From positions 38,006,001 through 38,070,000 of the forward strand of contig CM060731.1 in the NCBI GenBank assembly GCA_030704615.1: DNA of 64,000 bases. The letters run 5' to 3'. Each line of letters opens with the position of its first letter. The stretch's first letter is position 1. The position numbers were made by a program, and so were the translations under genes. Below, piece after piece: positions 28,021-40,150 of the stretch. The notes below the pieces were generated by a model that made no database searches, was not told the origin of the DNA, and saw only the letters and a program-made list of their open reading frames with translations. This DNA comes from Takakia lepidozioides. Its lineage: Eukaryota > Plantae > Bryophyta.

Positions 28021-28907
28021 GCGACTTTTACTCACCCATCCCTTCGCTATCCGAGGCGGAAACTCCAAGATAGAAGAGTTGGAAATCTCTAAGTACTCAG
28101 CCCGCGCAGAACAATCAGTCATGACCTACAGCTAGTGTATCATGGGGGTGTTTCCTATTTGTTTCCCTTTCCGCATTCATGTTAGCTACCTTACCATTGA
28201 TAATTAAGTATCAGTTTGCTTCATCAATCTATCGGATTCCATCAACTCATCAATTCATTCCACAGCTTCACTCTGATCTCTCTACACAGTGTGATTGTAT
28301 CGTATAAGTATCAGATTATGATTTATCAGGTATCAGGCCGAAGCCATTGTGTCTCTAATCTGCTCTATAATATCACTACAGCTTTGCATATAACAATCAT
28401 CTACCAATCATCTTCCCTCCTTCACCGTGCTCTCCGATCTTGCTCTCTGCCTGATCTCCTCTCATGCATGACCAAGCCGTCCCCCCCCCGTCAAGTGCTT
28501 TCATCAAAATCCCCCTACCCGTGGCTCTAACCGTTTCCCTCACTAACCGTCATCCGTGAACTAACATGTTCCATTTGCAGGTGTTGTTCCCCACAGTCGT
28601 TCCCTGTCCTGCTCTCCGTTCCCTATGATCGTGACAGTTGTGTCAAGCTGTGACTGGCTGTGTGAAACTGTGACGACTATGTCGGGCTGTGACTGGCTAT
28701 GTGGCTGTGTCGGCTGTGACGACTGTGACGGGCTGTGTTGGCTGTGTTGGCTGTGACGGGCTGTGACGACTGTGACGGGCTGTGTTACCCCCCTCTACAG
28801 TGAGCTGCTGTCACCCCTAAGGCTCCTGTAGGTCTCAGTTTGTGCTAAAATTAAGGGTACCCTACAGATCCCGTATAAGCGTCTAAGTCCCAGACAGTCC
28901 TCTAACA
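28021..28907 (-). repeat. Family A 5' LTR
   Basis: TGTTAGAGG start at 28907 flanked by TACCC (GGGTA on minus); minisatellite 28635-28785. Confidence 0.9.
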
Positions 28908-29152
28908 TACCCTGGCCTGTTTCAGCCACGGACGTCCCAATAATAAGGAGTAAGCCTCCATGACTTCATCCATCTTCAACACAGTTACTGTGATCATAAA
29001 GATCATCTTCTGTATCTGTATCTTAACTCCTCTTATCAATCCCAATGGCTGTACACTCCTTTGATCTGTCATTGTTACTGTAAATGGGGCTGGTTTCATG
29101 TTACTTAGACCAAGCTTCTTTCTTAATTGGTCTGTCATGATATTTACTCCAG
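28908..29152 (-). pseudogene. Family A protease fragment (target of the LTR insertion)
   Basis: SGVNIMTDQ...LLLGRPWLKQARV. Confidence 0.85.
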
Positions 29153-30553
29153 AGCGAGATGAATGAGCTCAGACTGCAAGTGCATAACATTGCCACAACT
29201 ACTATAGACAATGTCTATAGTAGGATAGCGGAGCTACAAGAGGATGTAGACGGCCTGCAGACTCAGGTGGAGGACCTGACATCAAATATTGACAAGAGAG
29301 TCTTTGTACCTCAGGAGCAACTGATGGCTTCTTATTTACAAGCCAGAACTTTAGCTTTTCAGTCTTCTTCGCAGGGGGTGCAGGAGATGACAATGGTACA
29401 AAAGCCAGTGCCACCAACACCACAACAAGTCACTGTACCAGTAGCTGACCTTGTTGTTACTACAGCCACACCACAGCCACCACAGCCTGAAGTATGGGGG
29501 AATGCTGCTTTTAACCCACCTAAAACTCATGCTGCACGGGAGTACAGTCGGGCTATGATTATGCCCTTCAACCAAATCATTGTGTTGGATTTGGCTTGGA
29601 AGGAATTTAGTCCTCCGCAGTCGTTGGCACATTACTATCAAATCATGCGCATTTGGCTGCCAGTGGCAACTAGGACTAAAGTTCTTCCGAACAATCGACC
29701 AATTGAGGATCATCACATTGCGCAGTACTGGCATGAGGCAAGTACCATGTTGAAGGAATTAATTGCCTTCCAAGTTGTACATGGATTCATTTATACCAAG
29801 ACCAAAGAGGTAGCAAGTATTGTCATGGGCTGCGGGTTATACTACGTTGCTTGTTTTCTGGCACGTTATCACATTGAGCAGCAGAAGATGCAAACGCGCT
29901 TTCTGAGTTATTCCAGTGGGGATCATTGGGTCTTACCTTCAGTGTCACCTCATATGTACCTATATGAGGCAAAAGTTATGATGCAAAAGGATTCTCAGAT
30001 TCGTTCATGGTTTCATGCGGCCTGGAACAATTTGTCAACACAGAAATTCGGCCCTGACGATATTTTCTTTAAGGGACATGAGGCATGGAAATACTTGCAC
30101 AATTCACAAGTCATTGATACCCCACTCACCTGGACAGACAAGGAACTCAGGGTCTTCACCAATTTTTCCATTCAGCGCTTACAACAAGTTTTACAGTTTA
30201 AACTTCCAGACATGGTGGGACAACATTGTATGCCCCAGAGGATTCCACAAAAAGTTCGGCCGTTAAAACACCTGAGAGGCGATGAGGATTCTGATACAAC
30301 TGTTTCTTCAGCGGACTCTTTTGACATGGCAGAGGACTATGCAATTCAGATGGCAGAGAAGAAGCGACGAGGGTCTCCTATGCCTGAAAGATTACCTCGA
30401 TATCAGCCTCCAGAGGGACTGACATATCCAGGTAGTGTTCAATCATCTCTGTCAACTAGTGACAGACCTCGGGCTCGCACACAGAGTCCTTCACGAGACT
30501 CTCAACGTCAAAAGGGTGCTCGCTCACAAATGTTTGCTAATCCCAAACAGTAA
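29153..30553 (+). pseudogene. Family A extra ORF C-terminal part (464-codon open frame)
   Basis: ORF 29159-30553 homologous to 2255-3650. Confidence 0.85.
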
Positions 30554-30591
30554 ACCGTGAGGACACGGCTTTTTGAGAGGGGAAGGGGTAA

Positions 30592-31170
30592 TGTTAGAGG
30601 ACTGCCAGGGACTTCGGCACTTTTATGAGTTCTGTGGGGTCTGGGACTTAGACATTTTTATGGGTTCCAAAGGGTACCCTTATTTTTTTACATAGACCAG
30701 TCATAGCCCATCACAGTCACACAGCCAGTCACAGCTTAACACAGCCGACACAGCCCATCACAGTCACAGAGCCAGTCACAGCTTAACACAGCCGACACAG
30801 CCCGACACATTCGCACAGCCAGTCACAGCTTAACACAGCCGACACAGCCCGACACAGTCGCACAGCCAGTCACAGCTCGACACAGCCCGACACAGCTCGA
30901 CACAGCCCGACACAGCCCGTCACAGTCCAACACAGCCCGTCACAGCCCGACACAGCCGCCACAGCTTTGCACAACCCTACACAGCCCGCCACAGCCTGAT
31001 ACAGCCAGTCACAGCTTGGCACAACTGGGGAACAGTTACCATTGGCAGGGAATGACTGTGGGGGAACGACATTTGAAAAAGGAACGTGTACTACAGAGAT
31101 AACGGTTAGTTAGGAAAGCGGTTAGAACGGCTAGTAAAGAGATAAAGCGGGAAGCGGGGTTTCCATCACT
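30592..31170 (+). repeat. Family A 3' LTR, truncated, preceded by PPT 30575-30591
   Basis: GAGAGGGGAAGGGGTAA|TGTTAGAGG; CACAGCC minisatellite 30700-31025. Confidence 0.88.
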
Positions 31171-33806
31171 AGGGGCATTGGCTACACCTTCAGCAAGCAG
31201 CAGTGGGACTAGTGAGACTGGTGGTACCGTAGCTACGACGTCCACCCAAGCCACTACCGCACCAGCTCCAGTACCCGTGCCCGCCTTCAACCCCGTTGTG
31301 GAGTTCTTCAGAGAGTTGAGAGGGAACTACCAAGGGGTGAGGACAAAGAAGTTGCGGAGCTTGCAAGAGTTCCAACGGAAGCCTACTAAGAGCTTGAGGG
31401 AGGCTTTCACTCGCATGAGGCGCTTGATAAATGTAACCCAAGGGATTACGGAAGCTCAGGCAGTCCAATTCTGGTATGGGGTATTGGACAAGGAGCTGAG
31501 GAGAAGGGTGCTAGATGCAACTCTCCTACAAGCGGCCCAACCCACTTTAGCAAATGTGTTTTTGTTGGCAGAGCGGATAGAGCTCAACATGGTGGAGGAA
31601 TGAGTGGTCATGGTGGGATTTGCTAAGGAGACACCATGGGGTAGTGGTGCTCCTAGTCAACCATTACCCCAACGTGCTCAAGGCAACAAGGGGGTCCAGG
31701 TGAAGCCCAGGGAAGGACAGAGAGGACCTCAGATGCAGGGGTCTCTCCCTTTATTTGTAGACCAACAACGGGCGGAGGTGGTGTGTTGGACATGTGGAGG
31801 ACCCCATGTCAAGAAGGATTGCCCAGAGGGAGGGAAAGGGCCGGCACATGCACAACCTGCACAGTTGCAGTGTGGGCATTGTGGCAAGCACGGGCATGGA
31901 GAGGCCCAGTGTTATGGTTTGCATCCTGAGTTGCGCCCATGCCAGTTCCAAGGGAACAATGGTGGCGAGGGCAAGGTGGAGCAGCCCAGAGAGGACAAGG
32001 TGGCCAGGCACGAGGTGCAGGCCAAGGGCAAGCTCAACATGGCCAAGGACCCGGAGGTCAGGGTGTTGACCAAGGCATGGCCAACCGGCTTCAGTAGCTA
32101 GAGCAGAGGCTCGTTGCCATGGCTACAGCTCAGGTGGTACCGGATCCAAGGCCGGATGGTCCACCTCTGGCTCCTGAGGGAGAAGATATGGGAGATATGG
32201 GATTCATGTACGGGGCAGCACTACCACTAGTGCAAGTGGAGTCGGCGGCAACAGTGACCCGAGGAGCAGCACGAGTTCCTGAGCCACGAGGTTGGATCCA
32301 CAGCGTGGGGAAGCAAGCCGTCAGGCCAGGCTTCCTCAGTCATTCACATTGGTGGAGACAGTGTCGACACCATCCATGGCACCTAGTTCTCGCCCGAGTG
32401 CTACCGAGGCGGAGATTACTATGCCATTGGGGAGAGTTACCTGACTACAGACACAAGCAGCACACACAAGAGGTCCTTTTGGATTGATGGTCGGCCAAAT
32501 CCTCCATGGGTCATGACACAAGGTCAAGGACAATGTGGTGAGGGCACATTCTTCGACCTATTTCAGCCTGTTTTGCCCTCTCATCAGACTCAGCCCTGAG
32601 ATGCATATTGAATTCTGTACGTTAGCTCGTTGGGTACCATGATTTGGTATTCTTCATGATGTTTACAAGGTTTTTGGTAGAGTAGCACCACTACCTGCTG
32701 CCAAGGCTACGACAGCTAGTGTGCTGCTAGGGGCGGCCACATCTGTGTGCCAGGCTCCATTGTTCTCGGCTACCATGATTGCGATGCCGGGGGTAAGACC
32801 AGCTGAGGTGTTCATGCTGGCAGCTACACTCTGTAAGAGTGGGGATGTTACTTCATCTTCTGCGGAGATAGTGGGAGGTGTAGTGCCGGAAAGATCCTCG
32901 GATTTGAGGGTCAAGATTGCCACAGCAGCGCCATGGCAAAGTGCAGCTGCCAGGTTGATGGAGCTGCCAGCTAGGCCAGCCATTGAGCGCGCCATGGTGA
33001 CACCTGGAATTGTCATGTTAGACAACCAGGATGACATTTTCTGTTTGAGTGAACCGGCAGGCAAGAGGTACCGCCCACTGTGGGTCTTGTTGGACTCGGG
33101 AGCTCAGCCATTGATGCTGGGCAGAGCTGCCATTGCAGGCTTGGGCCTCACAGAGGCGGATATGGAGCCTTGTCCTTTCCAGATACAGACGTCTCTGGGA
33201 GGATCGGAGCAGGCTCGGGGCATGACACGGCGTGAGTTGGCTATCAGACCACGGCCGGATCACCCTACAGATGGCTCAGTGATGCGAGCCAAGGCCATTG
33301 TGACAGACGTGGTCTCGTACAATGTCCTGGTTGGTGGGGCAGTGTTGTACCCCATGGGCTTCACCCTGGATTTTTGGGAGGCGTCAGCTTTCTATAGGCC
33401 TGGATGGCAGTTAGGGGAGGGTCGGCGTGTGCAGCTCCCTGTGACGTTCATAGGAGGAGTTGCGGTTGCCCAGCGAGGCAAGATGTCGACACTAGCAGCA
33501 TTCACAGCTGCAGTGAGTTGGCCTGGAGAGTTGCTTGAGGGCAACGCTCATTCAGAGGATGTGTCACCTCCGGTAGAGCAGGATGACATGTATGGTATGG
33601 CGGAGTTGCCTGCCATGGTTGCTCAGACTCCATTGTGGGGCACGAGCAAGGATTTGCAGCGGGTTGCTGATCGACGGGTGCAACAAGCCTAGGTGGAGGC
33701 TTTTGTACCATCAGGAGAGGAGGAGAGTGTGGGTACTGCACCAGGACCACCTCAGTTGTCTCCATTGGACACCACACCTATTGTGTGGCAGTATCCGGAT
33801 GAAGGC

Positions 33807-34770
33807 ATTTGTCTTCTAGACTTGTTTGGTGGGATCAGCACCGGATTGACTACTGTGTTACAGGCAGGTGTTCGAGTTCGGCGTTACCTGTATGTGGAGA
33901 GGGATGAGACTACACGACGCGTTTCACTTCGCCATGTTGCTCAGTTGGTGCTGCAATACCCTGAGTTGTTGCCGGTGTCTGCAGTTCGTGGATATCAGTA
34001 GGCCTTGCCAGCAGACATTTCGTTGTTGGGGGCGCAAGATTTGGAGCGGGTTGGCTCCATTGATCTGGTAGTGGCAGGTTGGCCCTGCCAAGGGCATTCA
34101 TTAGCCGGGCATGGCAATGGATTGCGAGACTCAAGGTCGGGTTTGTTTTGGGAGATGGTGCGGGTTTTGCGCCACTTACAGCTTCATCAAGCTGTATCTC
34201 CAGCATACATCTTGGAGAATGTGCCACTAATGGGTGATTCTCAGGCCAGGGTGATGGCCAGTGTGCATCAAGTCCAATCGTGGCTTGGGTCAGCAGTGTT
34301 GCTAGATGCAGCTGCAGTGGGGTCACAGGCTCATCGTCCACGACTATGGTGGACTAACTTGATGTCACTTGCACTACTCAAGCGTGCATTTGATGGGGTG
34401 CAGCGGCCACCAAACCTGACGGTGGATAGCATTTTGGACACAGGGAGGCAGTCTCAGCGTGTGAGACACGATGACCGTTCGCTTTTGGCAGTGGTCAACA
34501 GGATAGGTCAACCACGAGCAACATTACCTACACTGCTCATCTTCCCAGAATCGCATGCTTTCCGGGATAGTGGACCTGGTCTCCTGTGGGATGCTCAGTT
34601 GCAGCAGTTAGTGGAGCCTAATGTTGACGAGCGTGAGCGGGCGATGGGTTTTACCACTGGTACCATGGCGGTGCCGTCTCTTTCTGAGGCATCACGTCGT
34701 CAGGTGTTGGGGCAAACAATGGATCTCAATTGCTTGACTTGGATTATTAGCTTGGCTATGGCTGAGCAGC
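33807..34770 (+). pseudogene. DNMT3-like C5 cytosine DNA methyltransferase domain within Gypsy polyprotein
   Basis: Motif I LLDLFGGI, II YVE, IV DLVVAGWPCQGHS, V SGLFWE, VI ILENV, VIII AHRPRLWWTN, IX ERERAMGF, X RRQVLGQ; one premature TAG at 33999. Confidence 0.92.
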
Positions 34771-37700
34771 GTAGAGTGCGGCGTATACTTCTCTCGATGG
34801 TCTCTTTGCCTACCGAGACGGTACAGGCAGTGAGTGGGGGCGAGCATGTGAGGACCATGGGGTGCAGGCATCCATGGCACACGTGGGAGGTGCTCGAGGT
34901 TCAGAGGGAGTTGGCAGCCAAGGCGGCGGTGATGGATGAGGTTGGGGATTTTTCTCAGGTTGAGGAAGTCCTCGAGGATGAGATGATGGGGCAGGATGAG
35001 GCCTTATCATTGACTGAGCAGGTAGGGAGTACTGCTCAAGAGGTTGCAACATAGCAACCACTGGACGCGTCCTCTATCTCTAAGCCCACTGGACTTAAGG
35101 TTGCAGTTACGGAGGACAATTGGGAGCCTGACATTGGACCCATTATCACCGGAGGAGAGAGACAACGTATACGGCGGTTCCTGAGGGCTTACAGGAATTG
35201 CTTTGCCTTCAGTTTGAAGGACTTGGGAGCACTGAAGGGTCAAGAGATCCGTATTGCGTTGGCCACTGACACGCCAATCTTTTGGAGACCCTATAGATAC
35301 AGTGACATGGAGAGGTCTTTGATTCAGATGAGGACTCAAGATCTCTAGGAGGCAGCTTTGGTGGAGCTCTCTGGTAGAGAGTATGCTTCATCCAGAGTGA
35401 TGTCAGCCAAGAAGGATATCTATGGCAATTGGACGGAGAGACGTATGTGCGGTGATTACCGGCCTGCAAATCGTCAGACCAAGTCCGATTAGTATGTCAT
35501 GCCAACACCAGAGGAGATCTTTGATGCCATCGGGCATGCTAAGGTCTTTAGCACTTTGGATTTACGATCCGGATATCACCAGTTGCCAATCAAGGAGGCG
35601 GACAAGCAGAAGACGACATTTTGGGGGATCAATGAGCACGGCAAGGATTGCCTATATCAGTGGCGGTTCTTACCATTTGGGCTTAAGAACACTCCTGCAG
35701 AGTTTCAGAGAGTCATGGATAGGATTCTAGCAGGGGTGGACTTTGCTTAGTGTTACATAGATGACATCATCATCTTTAGTGCTACGGTGGAGGAGCATGA
35801 GAGACACCTTCAGGTGGTATTGGAGCGCTTGAGAGCGCATGGATTGAAGTTGCATCCAGGGAAGTGCAAGTTTTTCCACAACCAGATTGAGTATCTGGGT
35901 CACATGATACATCCTGGAGGATTGGGGGTACAGCAGACTAAGGTAGAGGCCATTGCACAAATTCCACGCCCCACGGACGTGAGCCAAGTTCGAGCTTTCA
36001 TGGGGTTGGCAAACTATTATAGACGGTTTGTCAAGGGATTTAGTGCCATTGCAAAGGCTCTAACCAAGCTGACCAAGGTAGACCAAGAGTGGCAGTGGGA
36101 AGATGAGCAGGAACGAGCTTTTCAAGAGCTCAAGGCAAGGTTGACTTCGGCGCCTATCCTGAGACGACCTATCAGGGGGTGTCCCTTTCAGCTGCATACG
36201 GATTGGAGCATGTTGGGGCTTGGAGCGGTGCTCACATAGGTGGATGATGAGGGGAGAGAGTTCGTAGTGGCTTATGCTAGCCGCTCGAACAACGCTGCAG
36301 ATGCTAAGTATAGCTCAGATGAGGGAGAGTGCTTAGCTGCAGTGTGGGCCGTGGCACACTTCAGGTGTTATCTATATGGCAATCTCTTCACCTTTGTCAC
36401 GGATCACCAGCCACTCAAGTGGTTGATGGAGTCAGACAAGCTTACAGGGAAGCTTGCACGGTGGGCACTCATACTCCAGGAGTATGACTTTCAGGTTGTG
36501 CATCGACCGGGTTTGGTCAATCGGGATGCGGATGGATTGAGTCGCAATCCATGCACGAGCCAGCAGGATGACACTGGAGCTCAGTGGCATGGTGAGACGG
36601 ACGAGGAGATGGTGCCGGGATGGCACGCATCTGCATTTTTGTGTATCTTGGCATCGGAAGGTCAGGTTGGACCTACAACAGGGATGACTGTAGATGGAGT
36701 GTCTGAGGACCCTGAGGCTAGTGATGAGCCAGGTGGTGCCAGAGATATATATGAGGATTTGGCTGTGTTGGACTACCTCCGTACAGGAGACACGACAACC
36801 ACTGTGACTGCCAGGGAGAGGGATCGGATCCTGCAACGAGCCAAGAGATTCAAGTGGGAGGGGATACACCTGCTCCGAGTATGGGAGGATGGTCGGGTGA
36901 GGATTGTGCCTCACCCCACACAGCGTGCACGGTTGGTGCGGCTTGCCCATGAGGAGTTGGGGCAAATTGGAGTGCGATGCACTCACAGTTTACTGCAGGG
37001 GCAGTATTGGTGGCATGGTATGCATAAAGAGGTGCAACAGTTTGTGGCTAGGTGCATGGTGTGTGACATGGTGTGTGCTTTATTCAACACCCCTACACCA
37101 TAGTTGCATCCTTTACCAATCATGGGATTGGGCTACAGGTGGAGTCTTGACTTCGCAGGACCGTTGCCACTGACTATGTGCCACCACAGATATGTGTTGG
37201 TGATGGTGGAGCACTTCTCCAAGTGGATTGAGTTGGTTTCATTGCTTGACAAGGCTAGTGAGGGGGCTGCGTATGCATTCTTGGATCGTGTGCTTAGCCG
37301 ATTCGGTGCTCCAGCTGAGGTACTCACGGAGAGAGTTCTTGGGGGAGTTTCAGGCTTTGTGTGATAAAGCCTTGATAGACCACCGCACCACTTCTCGAGA
37401 TCATCCTGAGGCCAATGGCTTGGCAAAGAGAGTTGTTCAGACGGTGAAGAGGGGTTTGCGCAAGTATGGCTTGTAGAAGGGACACCTAGGAGATTGGGAT
37501 CTTCAGGTACCTTGGTTAGCCATGGGCTACAGGTTCAGCAAGCAAGCATCACTTGCCTCCTTCTCACCATATTTCTTTCTCCTTGGCTGAGAGCCGGATT
37601 TGCCTGTAGCCATTCGTAGGGACACTGCTCAAGTCCTTAACCTTGACAATCCGGACATGGGTACGTGCATGTGATCAGCGTGCAGAGTTGTTCAAGAAAG

Positions 37701-38040
37701 TTATGCCCATGGCTTTTGAGAACCTGACCATTGCACAACACCGTGATATGTTGAGGTATGCCATTATACGTGGTGGAGGATATCGTCCTGGGGTTTGGAG
37801 GTTTAGCCCTGGTGACTATGTTTATTTGCAGCAGACTGCCCCTACGACCCTGGATGTCACTGGATGTCAGGGCGTGTTATTCTGAGGGTTCGAGAGGTGT
37901 TGCCCTCAGGAGTCCTGATCTTGGAGGGCCGGGATGGCATGACTTGGAAACACCATGTGCGTAATTGTGCGCCATGTCACCTTCCCAATGTTGATGGCAG
38001 AGTTGACCCAAACTTGGCAGTGGTACCTGCAGGTTTGAGG

Positions 38041-38184
38041 TGCATGCTCTGTGGGTCTGCCAAAGGGGCAGCCACCATGTTGGTGTATGATCGATGCTCA
38101 AGAGGTTGGCATATGGGATACTTGACACCACCTCTTGAGAGGGTTCCTGATGGAGATTGGTTATGTCCACACTGCTTGGGATAG
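38041..38184 (+). other. PHD finger at integrase C-terminus (copy 1)
   Basis: CMLC...(C/Y)DRC.RGWHMG(C/Y)LTPP..VPDGDWLCPHC; two Cys mutated to Tyr. Confidence 0.85.
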
Positions 38185-38444
38185 TGGCAGTGGACATGAC
38201 TAGAGGCAGCTAACAAGACATGGGAGGCCAAGCTCATAGGAGTCAATACACGAGATCCCAAGCTCAAGTTCACAGGTTGCAAGACGGCGACTAACGATGG
38301 GGCAACTCTTGCACCCGGCCTCTTGATCTATCGAGTTTGAGTGTAGTAGGGACAGTGGTGGAGGACTTAGTGAGGCTACGGTCACTATCACATCTTGTGG
38401 CTACCTGGACTTAGAGGGACCTAAGCACTAGCTAGGGGGGAGAT

Positions 38445-38620
38445 TGTGTGGACTAGCGACTGCCATAGTAGGCAGCATAGTGGCAGCCTAGTGACTGACT
38501 AGTTGTAGCCTAATGGTTGGACTAGTGGTGGACTAGTAGTATACTAGTGTGTGGTGTGCACATGTGTTGTGTGGTTTTGGACAGCGATGTAGTTGTGTAG
38601 CGATATGTATGCGCATGACA
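38445..38620 (+). repeat. Family B 3' LTR (176 bp)
   Basis: Starts TGT after PPT, ends GCGCATGACA where similarity to copy 2 stops. Confidence 0.7.
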
Positions 38621-39385
38621 AATCATTTGAACACAAACGATGGGTTCATCTTTTGAATCAATATCAATTGACCTGATACTCGACACGTACCTCTGACAAT
38701 GTATCTCGAACACACTCGCAATGTTTGAAAGCAATAAAAAATCATTTGAACAGCGAACGATGGGTTCACCCTTTCAATCAATTTTGATTGACTTCATACT
38801 TGAGAGGAACATGTGACAAAGGTATGTCGAACACACTCGCAAAGATTGGAAGCAATCAAAAATCATTTGTACAGCGAACGATGGGTTCACCCTTTCAATC
38901 AATTTCGATTGACCTGATACTCGACACGTACCTCTGACAAGGTATGTCCAACACACTCGCAATGTTTGAAAGCAATAAAAAAATCATTTGAACAGCGAAC
39001 GATGGGTTCACCCTTTCAATCAATTTTGATTGACTTCATACTTGAGAAGAGCATGTGACAAGGTATGTCGAACACACTCACAAAGATTGGAAGTAATAAA
39101 AAATCATTTGAACAACGAACGATGGGTTCACCCTCTGAGCCAATTTTGATTGACCGCATACTTGAGAGAAGCCTGTGAGAAGGCATGTCCAACACTCTCG
39201 CAAAGATACGAAGCAATCAAAATTCATTTGAACAGTTCACGATGGGTTCACCCTTTCAATCAAATTTGCTTCACCTGATACTTGAGAGGACCTCTGACAA
39301 GATATGTCCAACACACTCGCAAAGAATGAAAGCAATAAAAATTCATTTGAACAGCGAACGATGAGTTCACCTTTTTAATCAATTT
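38621..39385. repeat. ~120-bp tandem repeat, about 6.3 units
   Basis: AATCATTTGAACAGCGAACGATGGGTTCACC recurs at 38621, 38740, 38861, 38982, 39102, ~39221, ~39340. Confidence 0.92.
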
Positions 39386-39389
39386 CTAC

Positions 39390-40150
39390 GCGATCGCCAG
39401 TGGGGGCTCGGAACCTCCCGGTCCCCATCACTTTTTTATTTTTTTCCTTTGTTTTTTGTACCCCTGCGGCTACTGTTGTGGCGGTCGCCGGTTGGGGAGT
39501 CGGGATCGCAAGACTTTCTTAAAATTTGTTTACCCATTCAGCGGTCCTTTATTTTGGTTTTTTTTTTTAAAAATAAAAACAAATTAAAACCCAGGAGGCG
39601 ACTGCTGTGGCGGTCGCCGATTGGGGGCTCGGGACCGCGAGTCTGGCGGTCCGCACCTTTTTTTTTTTTTAATGTTTCCACTTGGTTTTTTACCCATGAG
39701 GCGACGGCTTCGGCGGTCGGCGATTGGGGGCTCGGGACCGCGAGACTGGCGGTCCCCACCTTTTTGGTTTTTTGTTTCCACTTGTTTTTGTACCCATGAG
39801 GTGATCGCCTCGGTGGTCGCTGATGAGGGGCTCGGGACCGCCAGACTGGCGGTCCCCACCTTTTCATTTTGTTTCCTTTTGTTTTTGTACCCATGAGGCG
39901 ACCGCTGCGGCGGTCGCCGTTTGGGGGCTCGGGACCGCCAGACTGGCGGTCCCCATGTCGCTCCTGGCTGTGTGGGGGGGGGGGTGGGGGGGGGGTGGGG
40001 GGGCTGCCAGGCGACCGCTATAGTGGCGGTCGCCACCATCGCCATGTCACCCAGCACACAAGCGACTGCCACTGTGGCGGTCGTCGGAATCGCCACGTCA
40101 TGTGCCCCGTAGGCGACCACCATTGTGGCAGTCGCCCGTCTTGCGACCCT
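39390..40150. repeat. GC-rich ~110-bp tandem repeats separated by T tracts
   Basis: GGCGGTCGCCG..TGGGGGCTCGGGACCGC.AGACTGGCGGTCCCC about 6 times. Confidence 0.85.

Larger units (their letters stand above)
31171..38620 (+). mobile_element. Family B Ty3/Gypsy retrotransposon copy 1 (5' truncated): gag-PR-DNMT-RT-RH-INT-PHD
   Basis: CWTCGGPH..DC and CGHCGKHGH...C knuckles, LLDSGA, C5-MTase motifs, YIDD, LHTDWS, SLDFAGP, PHD, PPT AGGGGGGAGA 38434-38443. Confidence 0.93.

Noticed and set aside
33807-34770. Host DNMT gene or bacterial restriction-modification methylase contamination
   Set aside because: Intronless, in frame within a Gypsy polyprotein, and at the same position in two diverged copies
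38621-39385. CRISPR array
   Set aside because: Whole 120-bp units are similar with no unique spacers; eukaryotic context; no cas genes
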